38,473 nt of DNA from a virus: positions 1-38,473 of IMG/VR virus record IMGVR_UViG_3300032893_000164, one strand, 5' to 3'. Positions 13,662 through 22,359 of the stretch are shown in pieces. Position 1 is the first letter of the stretch. Every line of letters begins with the position of its first letter. A program made the translations under genes and the position numbers. Below the pieces are notes generated by a model that saw nothing but the letters and a program-made list of their open reading frames with translations, was not told where the DNA came from and searched no databases.

Positions 13662-14194
13662 TGTGGCCTTTTGGAACCGCTAAACGAAATACACGATTTA
13701 CCTCAACCGACACAATTCTTAAACAGATGCAGGAGCGCCGCCCGCTCCCCATGGGAGTGAAAGATTTCCATGAATGGTCGGATAGAATTATTGCCGGCGC
13801 CTGTATTCCCGGCGTCACGCCGCGATCTCAGAAGTTTGCTCTCGCCGACATGATTCTTCATCTGGGTCCGACTGAGTCTCATAAGGAAGATGCGTTCTTC
13901 ATTCACTCGCTTAGAAAGGCTGCCGTCAATCAAGTGGCTGATGAGATGCGGCGCTCGATTCGAGACGACGCAAAGGCTGAGCTCGCTAAACAGGAAGAGA
14001 CCGCTAAGAAGCTTGAGATCGAGAAGCGTCATGAAGACCAGATGGCTGGCTGGACGCAGGAAGAAAAAGACCAGTTTATTCATAATCTCTATCTGCAGGA
14101 AAATAAGGTCGTAAACATTTCCAATCAACCCGCCGCAGCTACGGCATCTACTGAAGGTGCTCAGAGTGCGACGAAAGAACGACCCGCAACTTGA
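13661..14194 (+). CDS. Hypothetical protein (177 aa)
   Basis: Long ORF on the operon strand. The antisense ORF 13703..14260 has skewed, S/R/L-rich composition. Confidence 0.65.
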   Translation: MWPFGTAKRNTRFTSTDTILKQMQERRPLPMGVKDFHEWSDRIIAGACIPGVTPRSQKFALADMILHLGPTESHKEDAFFIHSLRKAAVNQVADEMRRSIRDDAKAELAKQEETAKKLEIEKRHEDQMAGWTQEEKDQFIHNLYLQENKVVNISNQPAAATASTEGAQSATKERPAT

Positions 14195-14582
14195 GCGGCT
14201 CCTCGATGAATGGGATGAAATATTACGCGCAACAGGATTCAAAGACATTGAAAGGCGCATTGGTCATGATCGCGTTCTTATTCAATATTCAAGCAATTGC
14301 TATCGACAAGCGGATCCCACCACAAGAGAAAGCAAAGAATCCTATTACGAGCAACTTAGCGCCAAAGTTCAAACGCATCGATTTGAAAACGAGACCGATC
14401 GATTCGTTATGTTTCACATCGCTGACGGGGTTAGGATCAAGACGATTGTAGAGTTACTGGCTGAAATGGGTCAGAGCATTCATAGGCAGACGATACGTTT
14501 TATTATTCGCCGCTACGAGAACTTATGGGGAATCAAGATGTGGTCGAACCGGCAAATGAACCTGAAGACTCGTATCAAATAA
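14157..14582 (+). CDS. Putative HTH DNA-binding protein (possible regulator)
   Basis: C-terminal IKTIVELLAEMGQSIHRQTIRFIIRRY looks like a helix-turn-helix. Non-ATG (GTG) start; exact start uncertain. Confidence 0.55.
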   Translation: MLRVRRKNDPQLERLLDEWDEILRATGFKDIERRIGHDRVLIQYSSNCYRQADPTTRESKESYYEQLSAKVQTHRFENETDRFVMFHIADGVRIKTIVELLAEMGQSIHRQTIRFIIRRYENLWGIKMWSNRQMNLKTRIK

Positions 14583-14986
14583 TTACCTACGTCGGCCAAT
14601 CTCTGCCGAGCGGCAAGGGAAGCCTTAAGTCTTTGGTTCTCAGTCGGTTCATGCGAAGTTTAAGGTACGGTAATAATTATTTTGAACTCATTGATAGCGA
14701 TCCCTATTTCCAAGTGTATGAGGCTTATATAAACTCGCTCCTTGCCAGGCCGGATACGAAAGTGAAGTTTGCGGTTCTCTCGGATGATCACGACAACGTC
14801 TTAGGCTTTGTCGTCATCGAAAACCACAAGCTTCATTATTGCCATGTTCAAAAGGATTACCGTCGCCAGGGGATCGCCGCAGCCTTATGTAAAGAACCGT
14901 TTAGCGTGATCACGCATATTACGCATACGGGACTCACCATTTGGAATAACAAATTTCCGCTTGTTAAATTTAACCCATTTGCTTGA
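14525..14986 (+). CDS. GNAT-family N-acetyltransferase-like protein
   Basis: VLGFVVIENHKLHYCHVQKDYRRQGIAAALC contains the acetyl-CoA motif R-x-x-G-x-A after a beta-strand. The start overlaps the previous gene by 58 nt, so the start is uncertain. Confidence 0.55.
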   Translation: MGNQDVVEPANEPEDSYQIITYVGQSLPSGKGSLKSLVLSRFMRSLRYGNNYFELIDSDPYFQVYEAYINSLLARPDTKVKFAVLSDDHDNVLGFVVIENHKLHYCHVQKDYRRQGIAAALCKEPFSVITHITHTGLTIWNNKFPLVKFNPFA

Positions 14987-15000
14987 CGTGAAAGGATTTT

Positions 15001-15336
15001 ATGAAACTGAAAATCTCTTATGCCGAACTCCATACGGGTCTCTTTCTTGGGGGAACCAACTTCGGGACAAAGCTTGACTCGAGCAAGCGAACGGACCTGA
15101 AGATGACGTATGACAAAGAAGAAAAAGAACTCGTCATCGAATGGAACGGAAAGACTGCGTTTCTGCCAAGCACCTCTGTCGCAAGCTATCAGGTTTTCGA
15201 AGAGAAAAAACCGGAAGAGATTCGCCCGACGCATAAAAGCCATCCTCAGAAGCGCGGCATTGCTTCTGCCCAAGTCCAGACTCCGATGGGCCATGTGTTT
15301 CAAGGTGAGGGTGCGGGACAAACCGGGAGAGGCTAA
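15001..15336 (+). CDS. Hypothetical protein (111 aa)
   Basis: SD GAAAGGA upstream. The stop overlaps the next ATG (TAATG). Confidence 0.65.
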   Translation: MKLKISYAELHTGLFLGGTNFGTKLDSSKRTDLKMTYDKEEKELVIEWNGKTAFLPSTSVASYQVFEEKKPEEIRPTHKSHPQKRGIASAQVQTPMGHVFQGEGAGQTGRG

Positions 15337-16037
15337 TGGAACACATTACTCAGAAGCCACTGGCTAGTCGGGATCCCGATTTTATCGTCTATGCCAAAAA
15401 CATGGCTGAAGCTATTGCCAAAGCCGGTAAATCAGAAAAAGTTCAAAAATCGCGAGAACTCAGAGCCTATAGAGACACGCTATCGGCGGAACAAAAGATC
15501 GAGTTCGACAAATCCATTCAAGCCCCATCAATGCGAGCAACTATGGAACGCCCCAAGTCCATGGACGCTGAATGGCAAAATCGTCCCATTCCTCCAGAAG
15601 TGATCGAGCAATGCAAAAAGATCAGAGAAGCAAAGACCGATGAAGAACGAGCCAAGCTGGTTAACCAAGGCTCTTGGGATCCAGGACAAATTCAAATCAT
15701 TGAAGCGCACCGCAAGAATTCTAAGAACACATTGGGACAGAGCGAACTCTCAGCGACAACCGACCAAAGGCGTCTTTCAGCCATTGAGGCTTTTGTACAT
15801 TCACCTCCGGCTAAACTTACGCCAGAAGAGCGCGATAAGCTGATGAAGATGAGCGGCTATACTCCGCCCCCTCCGCCACTCGAGGACGACCAAGTAAAAG
15901 CCACAGAAAGCCTTATGACTCGATTTATAAATTGGATTAAAGGCGAAGCGCAAAAGTCTGACCTCGAGCTCGAATCAAAAAGCTATGTTCAGATTCAAAA
16001 AGAAAGAGCTGACTATGAGCGGCGAAAAACCCGTTGA
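15336..16037 (+). CDS. Hypothetical charged/helical protein (233 aa)
   Basis: Long ORF containing IQAPSMR, a motif shared with the next gene. Confidence 0.65.
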   Translation: MEHITQKPLASRDPDFIVYAKNMAEAIAKAGKSEKVQKSRELRAYRDTLSAEQKIEFDKSIQAPSMRATMERPKSMDAEWQNRPIPPEVIEQCKKIREAKTDEERAKLVNQGSWDPGQIQIIEAHRKNSKNTLGQSELSATTDQRRLSAIEAFVHSPPAKLTPEERDKLMKMSGYTPPPPPLEDDQVKATESLMTRFINWIKGEAQKSDLELESKSYVQIQKERADYERRKTR

Positions 16038-16386
16038 ATCAGAAATCCAATTCCTGCTCAGCCTAGTCCTGAACCATAAGTTGAGTTCAGAAGTCAAAAA
16101 GCTGTGCTTGGAAAGAATTGGAAAGATTGAAGAGAGCCTTCGCGCATCCCCCGTGACTTCCCCGCGGTCCGTCTCTCTTCCCGTCGTCGGTACCATTGGA
16201 AACGGCGTCATTCAAGCCCCATCGATGCAACGCATTCTAGAGCAAGCCCAAGTTCCTCCGCCTGTCGCTGCTGCGCCCGTTCATATTCCTCCGACCGCAA
16301 GAGACAAAGAAACCGGGATGGTAAACGTGGTAACATCGACTACGCCAGGGGGAAGTACCCGCGGACCGAGCAAAGTATTCAGGTAA
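16015..16386 (+). CDS. Hypothetical Pro/Ser-rich protein (123 aa)
   Basis: Internal ATG at 16015. Contains IQAPSMQ. Confidence 0.55.
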   Translation: MSGEKPVESEIQFLLSLVLNHKLSSEVKKLCLERIGKIEESLRASPVTSPRSVSLPVVGTIGNGVIQAPSMQRILEQAQVPPPVAAAPVHIPPTARDKETGMVNVVTSTTPGGSTRGPSKVFR

Positions 16387-16410
16387 TAAACTGTTTTACA
16401 GTACACAACA

Positions 16411-16746
16411 ATGCCATTTGAAAAAGGAAGATCAGGAAACCCGAATGGCAGACCGCCGGTCGTTCTCCCTGAAGTTCAAAGGGCAATCGATGCGAATCGA
16501 AACGCAATCAAGGTTCTCATTCTCCAAAAGCTTGATCCGAAGGTTGAGGCTTGGATTGAAAACATCATTGATGAAGGAACAGAGCAAGGCGACGCCATTA
16601 GACTTAAAACCCTCTTGGAGCTAGTCTTTGGAAGAATCCCAGTGGCCGAACCAGAATTCCAACTCTCCGACGAAGAAAAACTCCTTGTTCTCGCCTTCAG
16701 AGAACGTAAACGAGCTCTCCCCTCTAGCGAACCAACTTCTGGATGA
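16411..16746 (+). CDS. Terminase small subunit-like protein (DUF5681-like N-terminus)
   Basis: The N-terminal FEKGRSGNPNGRP motif is typical of a class of small terminases. Lies immediately upstream of, and overlapping, terL. Confidence 0.6.
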   Translation: MPFEKGRSGNPNGRPPVVLPEVQRAIDANRNAIKVLILQKLDPKVEAWIENIIDEGTEQGDAIRLKTLLELVFGRIPVAEPEFQLSDEEKLLVLAFRERKRALPSSEPTSG

Positions 16747-18193
16747 AATCTACCAAAAAGGGCTTTCCTCACTTCGAAGGGTAAAGCCATTTGACTGGCG
16801 CTCCATCGCCTTCGACAAGCAAATAGCGTTCATCGAAGATCCGCACAGGCTCAAAGCATCTTTCACGACTCGCCGCGGAGCCAAATCCTACACAGACGGA
16901 ATCTATCTCCTGAAAGAGGCCGAAGAAAACCCAGGTTGCAATTGCCTCTACCTCGGACTCACACGACTCAGCGCGAAAGGCATTATTTGGAAGGACGTGC
17001 TTAAACATATCAATACTCGTTGCGATTTGGGGGTTACGTTTAATGAAACTGAGCTCACAGCTACAACTCAAAATGGATCCGTTATCTACTGCGCCGGCGT
17101 GGACGTGGATGAAAATGAGCGTAAAAAACTTTTCGGACGCAAGTACAAACTTATTGTGGTCGATGAAGCCGCTCTTTACGGGATTGATCTTGTTGATCTG
17201 GTTTATGTTGTGCTTCGACCTGCTCTGGCTGATCTCCGGGGGACAGCAGTCTTATCTGGAATGGCCTCAAACATCACGCGCGGACTGTTCTACGACATTA
17301 CAACCGGCAAAGAACAGGGCTGGAGTCTTCACAAATGGTCCGCTCATGATAACCCTCATGTGGCGAAGCAATGGCAGGAAGAACTCGACTTCATCGCAAA
17401 GCATCAGCCAGAGCTCATGCAAACCGCCCGCTTCCGCCAGGCGTACCTCAATGAATGGGTCGTCGACGAAGAAAAGCTAGTCTATAGGTTCAACCATGAA
17501 AAAAATACATACCGAGAGCGACCTCAAGCGCGTCCTGATGGCTGGACTTACATCCTTGGCGTTGATCTTGGCTGGGAAGACGATAATGCTTTTGTGCTCT
17601 GCGCATTCCATGAAAACTTACCTGAACTCTTTGTTCTCAGGACATACAACAAACCGAAAATGACCTTTGACCAGGTCGTCGTGAAGATTAACGAGTTCAT
17701 GCAGGATCCGAATTTCCCCCCCTGCAAGGTGATCATCGACGGAGCCAATAAGCAGGGCGTCGAATCCATGCGCGTCCGCTCGAGCATCCCCTTCGAATTC
17801 GCAGACAAGCAAGGCAAAGTTGACTTCATTGAGATGCTAAATGGGGATTTGGTTCAGGGCAAAGTGAAGATCAATGTGAATTGCACTGAACTCATCGATG
17901 AGATGAAAGCACTCATCTGGAAGACCGATGGCGATATCATCGTCATCCCGAAGAAAGAAGAACCCCGCCTTCCTAACCATTTGTGCGACGCGTTCCTTTA
18001 CGCTTGGCGCAATGGCTATCATTACCAGCATGAGCCGGAAGTAAAGAAGATCGTAGTCGGTTCGCGCGAATGGTACCTCAAGCAGACTGAAAACCAATGG
18101 GAGCGCGAGCGCGCTGCAATCGAGAAGCAGCAAGGCATTGGAATTGGTTCTGGATGGCCGGATGATTCGAATTCAGGCTGGCCAAGCCAGTAA
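16628..18193 (+). CDS. terL: Terminase large subunit
   Basis: Deviant Walker A TTRRGAKS and Walker B KLIVVDEAA. A C-terminal nuclease-like half with conserved acidic residues. 521 aa. No in-frame ATG before residue ~212. TTG at 16628 sits 7 nt after GGAG. Confidence 0.85.
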   Translation: MEESQWPNQNSNSPTKKNSLFSPSENVNELSPLANQLLDEIYQKGLSSLRRVKPFDWRSIAFDKQIAFIEDPHRLKASFTTRRGAKSYTDGIYLLKEAEENPGCNCLYLGLTRLSAKGIIWKDVLKHINTRCDLGVTFNETELTATTQNGSVIYCAGVDVDENERKKLFGRKYKLIVVDEAALYGIDLVDLVYVVLRPALADLRGTAVLSGMASNITRGLFYDITTGKEQGWSLHKWSAHDNPHVAKQWQEELDFIAKHQPELMQTARFRQAYLNEWVVDEEKLVYRFNHEKNTYRERPQARPDGWTYILGVDLGWEDDNAFVLCAFHENLPELFVLRTYNKPKMTFDQVVVKINEFMQDPNFPPCKVIIDGANKQGVESMRVRSSIPFEFADKQGKVDFIEMLNGDLVQGKVKINVNCTELIDEMKALIWKTDGDIIVIPKKEEPRLPNHLCDAFLYAWRNGYHYQHEPEVKKIVVGSREWYLKQTENQWERERAAIEKQQGIGIGSGWPDDSNSGWPSQ

Positions 18194-18207
18194 AGTGTCA
18201 TTTCGGA
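18193..18207 (+). repeat. 15-mer AAGTGTCATTTCGGA, copy 1 (copy 2 at 24855..24869)
   Basis: Exact match. Starts at the last base of the terL stop and is followed by the hairpin GGTTTC-agatag-GAAACC (18209-18226). Confidence 0.9.
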
Positions 18208-18234
18208 CGGTTTCAGATAGGAAACCATCGCCCA

Positions 18235-18459
18235 ATGCTTCCATTTCTCAAAGATAAACGTGAAGGCTCGGTATCCGAACCGCCTAGCACCATTCGCAGG
18301 GATCCTGATGATGGCGCTGACTTCGACTCGCTCGAGGTAGCAGCCCAGGACCTATGCGATGCTGTTCATTCCAGAAACTATAAAGCTGTGGCTGAGGCGC
18401 TGAGAGCTGCTTTCGAGCTCTGCGATTCTGAGCCGCACGAAGAGGGACCGCATGAGTAA
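18235..18459 (+). CDS. Small acidic protein (74 aa)
   Basis: ORF between terL and the structural genes; D/E-rich. Confidence 0.6.
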   Translation: MLPFLKDKREGSVSEPPSTIRRDPDDGADFDSLEVAAQDLCDAVHSRNYKAVAEALRAAFELCDSEPHEEGPHE

Positions 18460-18970
18460 TTATCTGATTCTCAATCAGCCGCAGGTATTCAGTGGTCTGG
18501 GTACGCTCACTTACACGGTTGCAACCACGGGCAATTACAATGTTCAATTCAGCGTCACGGTTCCAGAGGCCACGGTATCGGGTTCCGGCGCAGGTTCGGG
18601 CCAGGGCTTGGGAGCTGGCACTGGCGGCGGCGGCGAGGGATTCACTGGCGGAGACCTGGGTACTGGACACGGTGGTGTTGGCCAAGGCTTTGGGGCAGGG
18701 AACGGCTACCAGCAGCCCCCCGCGGCCGGTTCGAATCAAACAACTTCTGGATCGGCGGTTACTTCTGGACTTTCGGTTGTCGTGAACAACAATGGTTCGC
18801 CCATCTTCACAGCGCCGATGCTGGCTGTTGTCCAGGGCTCACTTCAGTTCAAGTACAGTTTTCAGGCCACGGCTGCTGATTCGATCACTGTAGTTCTCTC
18901 GTCTTCGACCGCCACGGATAAAGCTTTGAACGCTATCGTCTCTACAACCACTATCGGACAGGGGTTCTAA
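18452..18970 (+). CDS. Putative virion protein, paralog A (with Gly-rich insert)
   Basis: Shares GLGTxT, GxYxVQ, NNGS and A-x-D-x-x-TVVLSS with the next gene. Has an extra ~50-aa G-rich segment. Confidence 0.7.
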   Translation: MSNYLILNQPQVFSGLGTLTYTVATTGNYNVQFSVTVPEATVSGSGAGSGQGLGAGTGGGGEGFTGGDLGTGHGGVGQGFGAGNGYQQPPAAGSNQTTSGSAVTSGLSVVVNNNGSPIFTAPMLAVVQGSLQFKYSFQATAADSITVVLSSSTATDKALNAIVSTTTIGQGF

Positions 18971-18971
18971 T

Positions 18972-19337
18972 ATGGCTGCTATCGTCGGACAAAATGCAGG
19001 TCAAAGCTTGATGTTTGAAGGCTTGGGTACGTTTACGCTTCTCGCATCTGCTCCCGTCGCTGGGCTTTATCAGGTTCAGGGAAACATCTCGCTTCCACTA
19101 CTGAGAGATGGTCCCGGCCCCTCTCAGTATGCGGGCGGCGCAGGCCCATCGTCTGTCCAAGCGACCGTTAAAAACAACGGATCAAACGTGATGGTTGGAA
19201 TTGCTGGAGCCACGGGCTTTTCTACTCAGGTGACCTTAGCCGCCGGCGATGCGCTGACTGTGGTTCTTAGCTCTGCGGCCACTGAAGATGTTGGCACGAA
19301 TGTGATCAAAACCACCGCTACCGTTAGCCTGATCTAA
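18972..19337 (+). CDS. Putative virion protein, paralog B
   Basis: Collinear motif matches to 18452..18970. Starts 1 nt after its stop. Confidence 0.7.
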   Translation: MAAIVGQNAGQSLMFEGLGTFTLLASAPVAGLYQVQGNISLPLLRDGPGPSQYAGGAGPSSVQATVKNNGSNVMVGIAGATGFSTQVTLAAGDALTVVLSSAATEDVGTNVIKTTATVSLI

Positions 19338-19346
19338 GGAGTCAAC

Positions 19347-20117
19347 ATGTCGAATATGGCTGTCGCTTATGCGATGAAGAAACGAAAGAAGATGGCCAAG
19401 GGCGGCCCCACTCCTGACATGGAGAAGGGTGTTCATAAGCCCATGATTGGAAAGCCTGGCACTAGCTATGCTGGCCAGGAGTCGCAGAATCCTCAGGATC
19501 CAGAGCGCCACGCGGCCAAGGCCAAGCATATGGCCATTCTCGAAGAGATTCGGTCGATGAAAAAGCCTGAGTTGATGGCTGAGGGGGGAGAGCCAGCCTA
19601 CAAATCTGAATATGGCGTTAAAGACCTTGGGCAAGAAGGGGTTCATCATCAGGCTGGCCGCTTGCCAAAGGGACAATCCGACATGGGCAGATCGGTTCGT
19701 CGGGGCGATTATGAAGGCGCCAAAAGAGTTGCTTGGGATAAAATCACAGAACAGAGACCGGTGGGACACAGAACTCGCACCGAACTTATGGCCGAAGGCG
19801 GATGCGTCAGCGAAGGATGTCCCGGCTGCGAAAGCTGCCTTTCCGATTCCGATCCCGTGGTGATGAAGGTGATGATGGGCAGAGCCAAGGGATACTCCGA
19901 AGGCGGCAAGGTCGCTAACTCCGATGAGATTGAAGCAGGCTTTATGCCTAATGAGTTTGATGACCTTCATCTGCGCGATGATCTTGAAGAGCATTACACA
20001 GGCGCAAACTCAGGTGATGAGCTCGGAGACGAGCAGGAAGACGAAGACCGCGCCGACATTGTAAAGCGCATCATGAAGTCTCGAGCCAAGAAAGACAGGA
20101 TGCCAAACCCTGCATGA
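19347..20117 (+). CDS. Hypothetical virion-associated protein with four Phi-A-x-G-G motifs
   Basis: Contains MAKGG, LMAEGG twice and YSEGGKV. Basic N- and C-termini and an acidic C-terminal stretch. 256 aa. Confidence 0.7.
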   Translation: MSNMAVAYAMKKRKKMAKGGPTPDMEKGVHKPMIGKPGTSYAGQESQNPQDPERHAAKAKHMAILEEIRSMKKPELMAEGGEPAYKSEYGVKDLGQEGVHHQAGRLPKGQSDMGRSVRRGDYEGAKRVAWDKITEQRPVGHRTRTELMAEGGCVSEGCPGCESCLSDSDPVVMKVMMGRAKGYSEGGKVANSDEIEAGFMPNEFDDLHLRDDLEEHYTGANSGDELGDEQEDEDRADIVKRIMKSRAKKDRMPNPA

Positions 20118-20377
20118 TCCAGAATCTCAAAGACCTTGAGAGACTTCTCAAGCTTTGCAGAAAGCAGGGAGTCACAGAGGTAAAATTAGGCGATGTTGAA
20201 TTGAAGTTCGGGGATTTGCCCCCCGAAAGCCGCCCATCTCGAGATCAAGACCTTATTCCCACAGACAATCCCTATGCAGACTTTCCGGATGGGGAGCTCA
20301 CGCCAGAGCAGCTCATGTTCTACTCTGCCGGCGGACTTCCGCAGGATGATCCTTACCGAAAGGATAATCCGCAATGA
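20114..20377 (+). CDS. Small protein preceding the portal (87 aa)
   Basis: ATGA overlaps at both ends. Confidence 0.65.
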   Translation: MIQNLKDLERLLKLCRKQGVTEVKLGDVELKFGDLPPESRPSRDQDLIPTDNPYADFPDGELTPEQLMFYSAGGLPQDDPYRKDNPQ

Positions 20378-22314
20378 AGGTTTCGCAGCCTAAGCATTCC
20401 CTGAATAAAATCGTCATGAAAACGAAGCCCAAAGGTGATCTCACTGGGCGGGGAATGTTGGCTAAGTGGTGGTTGGCTGAAGATGAAGCGAAGCTTGCCA
20501 CCGAACTGTGCGGAACCGCAGCCTACCTCAAGACCAATCAGACCTACCGCATGAGGCAGCTTGCTTGCGATGTGCGCCTTTACTGCGGACTTTCGATCTA
20601 CTCTTACGCAGGCTCAAACGTGTCCAAGATGGACATGACGAAAACCCTTCCGGATGACCGGCCTACTTTCAATTTGATTCAGGCGTGTACTGATACGCTC
20701 GTATCTCGCCTATCTCAAGACAGACCCGAACCTAAATTTCTCACCGATAACGCGGATTATAAGCAGCGTCATCTCGCACAACGCCTGAATCAATTCATGT
20801 TGGGTGAGTTCTACCAAACCAAAGCCTACGACAAAGCAGTCAAGATGCTCCGTGATTGCATCGTCATGGGTGTTGGATGTCTCAAGGTCTATGAAGGCGA
20901 TGACGGCAAGGTTTGTGTAGACCGAGTTTTAGTCACCGATCTTTTCACGGACGAAAATGATTCTCTCAACGGCGATCCTCAGACGATGTACCAGCTTAAG
21001 CTCATGGACCGTGAAAAACTCATGTCCAACAGTTCTAAGGCTGCACAGGGGATCATTCGTGACACACCCAATAGCTATCCTGATAACTCTCCTGATTCTG
21101 GGCGCACTATTGCTGATCAAGTCATGGTGGTTGAAGCCTGGAAACTTCCTTCTGGACCTGATCCTACTGCTCCTAACTATGTCCCTGGTCGTCATGTCAT
21201 TGCTACCGTGAATGGCGTCATCTTAGACGAACAGTGGAACAAGCCCAAATACCCGTTTGTGTTCCTGACCTATCAGGATCCGTTCTTAGGATTCTTTGGA
21301 AAGGGACTTGCAACTCAGCTTTTCGGTACTCAGCTGACTCTGAATCGCATTCTTTATACGATTGCGAGAGCGATTACTCTGGTGGGCGTGCCGCGCGTAT
21401 TCCTCGAGCAGTCTTCTAAGGTCGTCAAAGCGCATAACAACAATGAAATTGGCGTGATTGTCACCTATTCGGGTACAAAGCCCAGCTATGAAGTGGCTCC
21501 ATGCAATGCTCCTGAGCTCTACGCCGAGCGAGACAAGCTGATTCAGTATGGATTCCAACAGTGCGGCGTCTCTGCGATGCAGGCCACAAGCCAAAAACCC
21601 GAGGGACTGACGAGTGGCGCTGCAATTCGGTCCTATGACGACATCTCCAATGACCGTTTTGCCGAACTCTCGAAGAAATACGAGAACGTCTTTGTAGAAC
21701 TCGCCTATCATATTGCAGATCTCGCGAAAGATATCGCAGAGCGTGACGGTAAATACGAGACTGTTTATCCGAATAAGGACGGCACGAAGGAAGTTGATCT
21801 TCCTGCCATGAAGTTCCTGAAGGACCCGTTCATCATTCAATGCTTCACTGAGAGTTCGCTCCCCCGTTCGCCTGCAGGCCGTATGCAGGCCGTCACGGAA
21901 TACGTCCAGGCTGGATTGTTCTCAATCAAAGAAGGTCGCCGCTTGATGAGAACTCCCCAGGACCTCGAGCAAAACGAGCAGCTGGATAATGCATCTGAAG
22001 AGAGAATCTTTATGATGCTCGACGATATTGTGGAATCAGGCAAATACACTCAGCCCGACATGTTCATTGATCTGGACTTGGCTACTACTTTGACAGTCCA
22101 GTACATCAATCTCTATCTTGCGGCCAAACTCGAGGAAAAGAAGGCCGACATGCTCAGGACCTTCTTTAGCCAGATTCAGGCGTTGAAGCAGGCAGCGGTG
22201 CCGCCGGCTCCTCCGATGGCTCCGCCGAATGTTTCACAGGCCAATCCACAACCACTTCCACAGAGTCCGTTAGTACCGAACGCGGTCCAGCAGCCACAGC
22301 AAGGGGCCGCATAA
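20374..22314 (+). CDS. Portal protein
   Basis: 646 aa. Position is between the terminase and the scaffold/capsid genes. Pro/Gln-rich C-terminal tail. Confidence 0.8.
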   Translation: MKVSQPKHSLNKIVMKTKPKGDLTGRGMLAKWWLAEDEAKLATELCGTAAYLKTNQTYRMRQLACDVRLYCGLSIYSYAGSNVSKMDMTKTLPDDRPTFNLIQACTDTLVSRLSQDRPEPKFLTDNADYKQRHLAQRLNQFMLGEFYQTKAYDKAVKMLRDCIVMGVGCLKVYEGDDGKVCVDRVLVTDLFTDENDSLNGDPQTMYQLKLMDREKLMSNSSKAAQGIIRDTPNSYPDNSPDSGRTIADQVMVVEAWKLPSGPDPTAPNYVPGRHVIATVNGVILDEQWNKPKYPFVFLTYQDPFLGFFGKGLATQLFGTQLTLNRILYTIARAITLVGVPRVFLEQSSKVVKAHNNNEIGVIVTYSGTKPSYEVAPCNAPELYAERDKLIQYGFQQCGVSAMQATSQKPEGLTSGAAIRSYDDISNDRFAELSKKYENVFVELAYHIADLAKDIAERDGKYETVYPNKDGTKEVDLPAMKFLKDPFIIQCFTESSLPRSPAGRMQAVTEYVQAGLFSIKEGRRLMRTPQDLEQNEQLDNASEERIFMMLDDIVESGKYTQPDMFIDLDLATTLTVQYINLYLAAKLEEKKADMLRTFFSQIQALKQAAVPPAPPMAPPNVSQANPQPLPQSPLVPNAVQQPQQGAA

Positions 22315-22359
22315 CAACTCCACAATCCTCTGAAGCAACAGGGGGGAAGGATTCATAGT

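Noticed and set aside
19236-19994. Long antisense ORFs inside structural genes (for example 19236..19994, 21286..21840, 23872..24573, 32970..33590, 34008..34430, 30131..30649)
   Set aside because: Each lies fully inside a longer plus-strand gene with coherent protein-like sequence. Their translations are R/S/L/C-rich with no motifs, and they have no SD or coupling signals.
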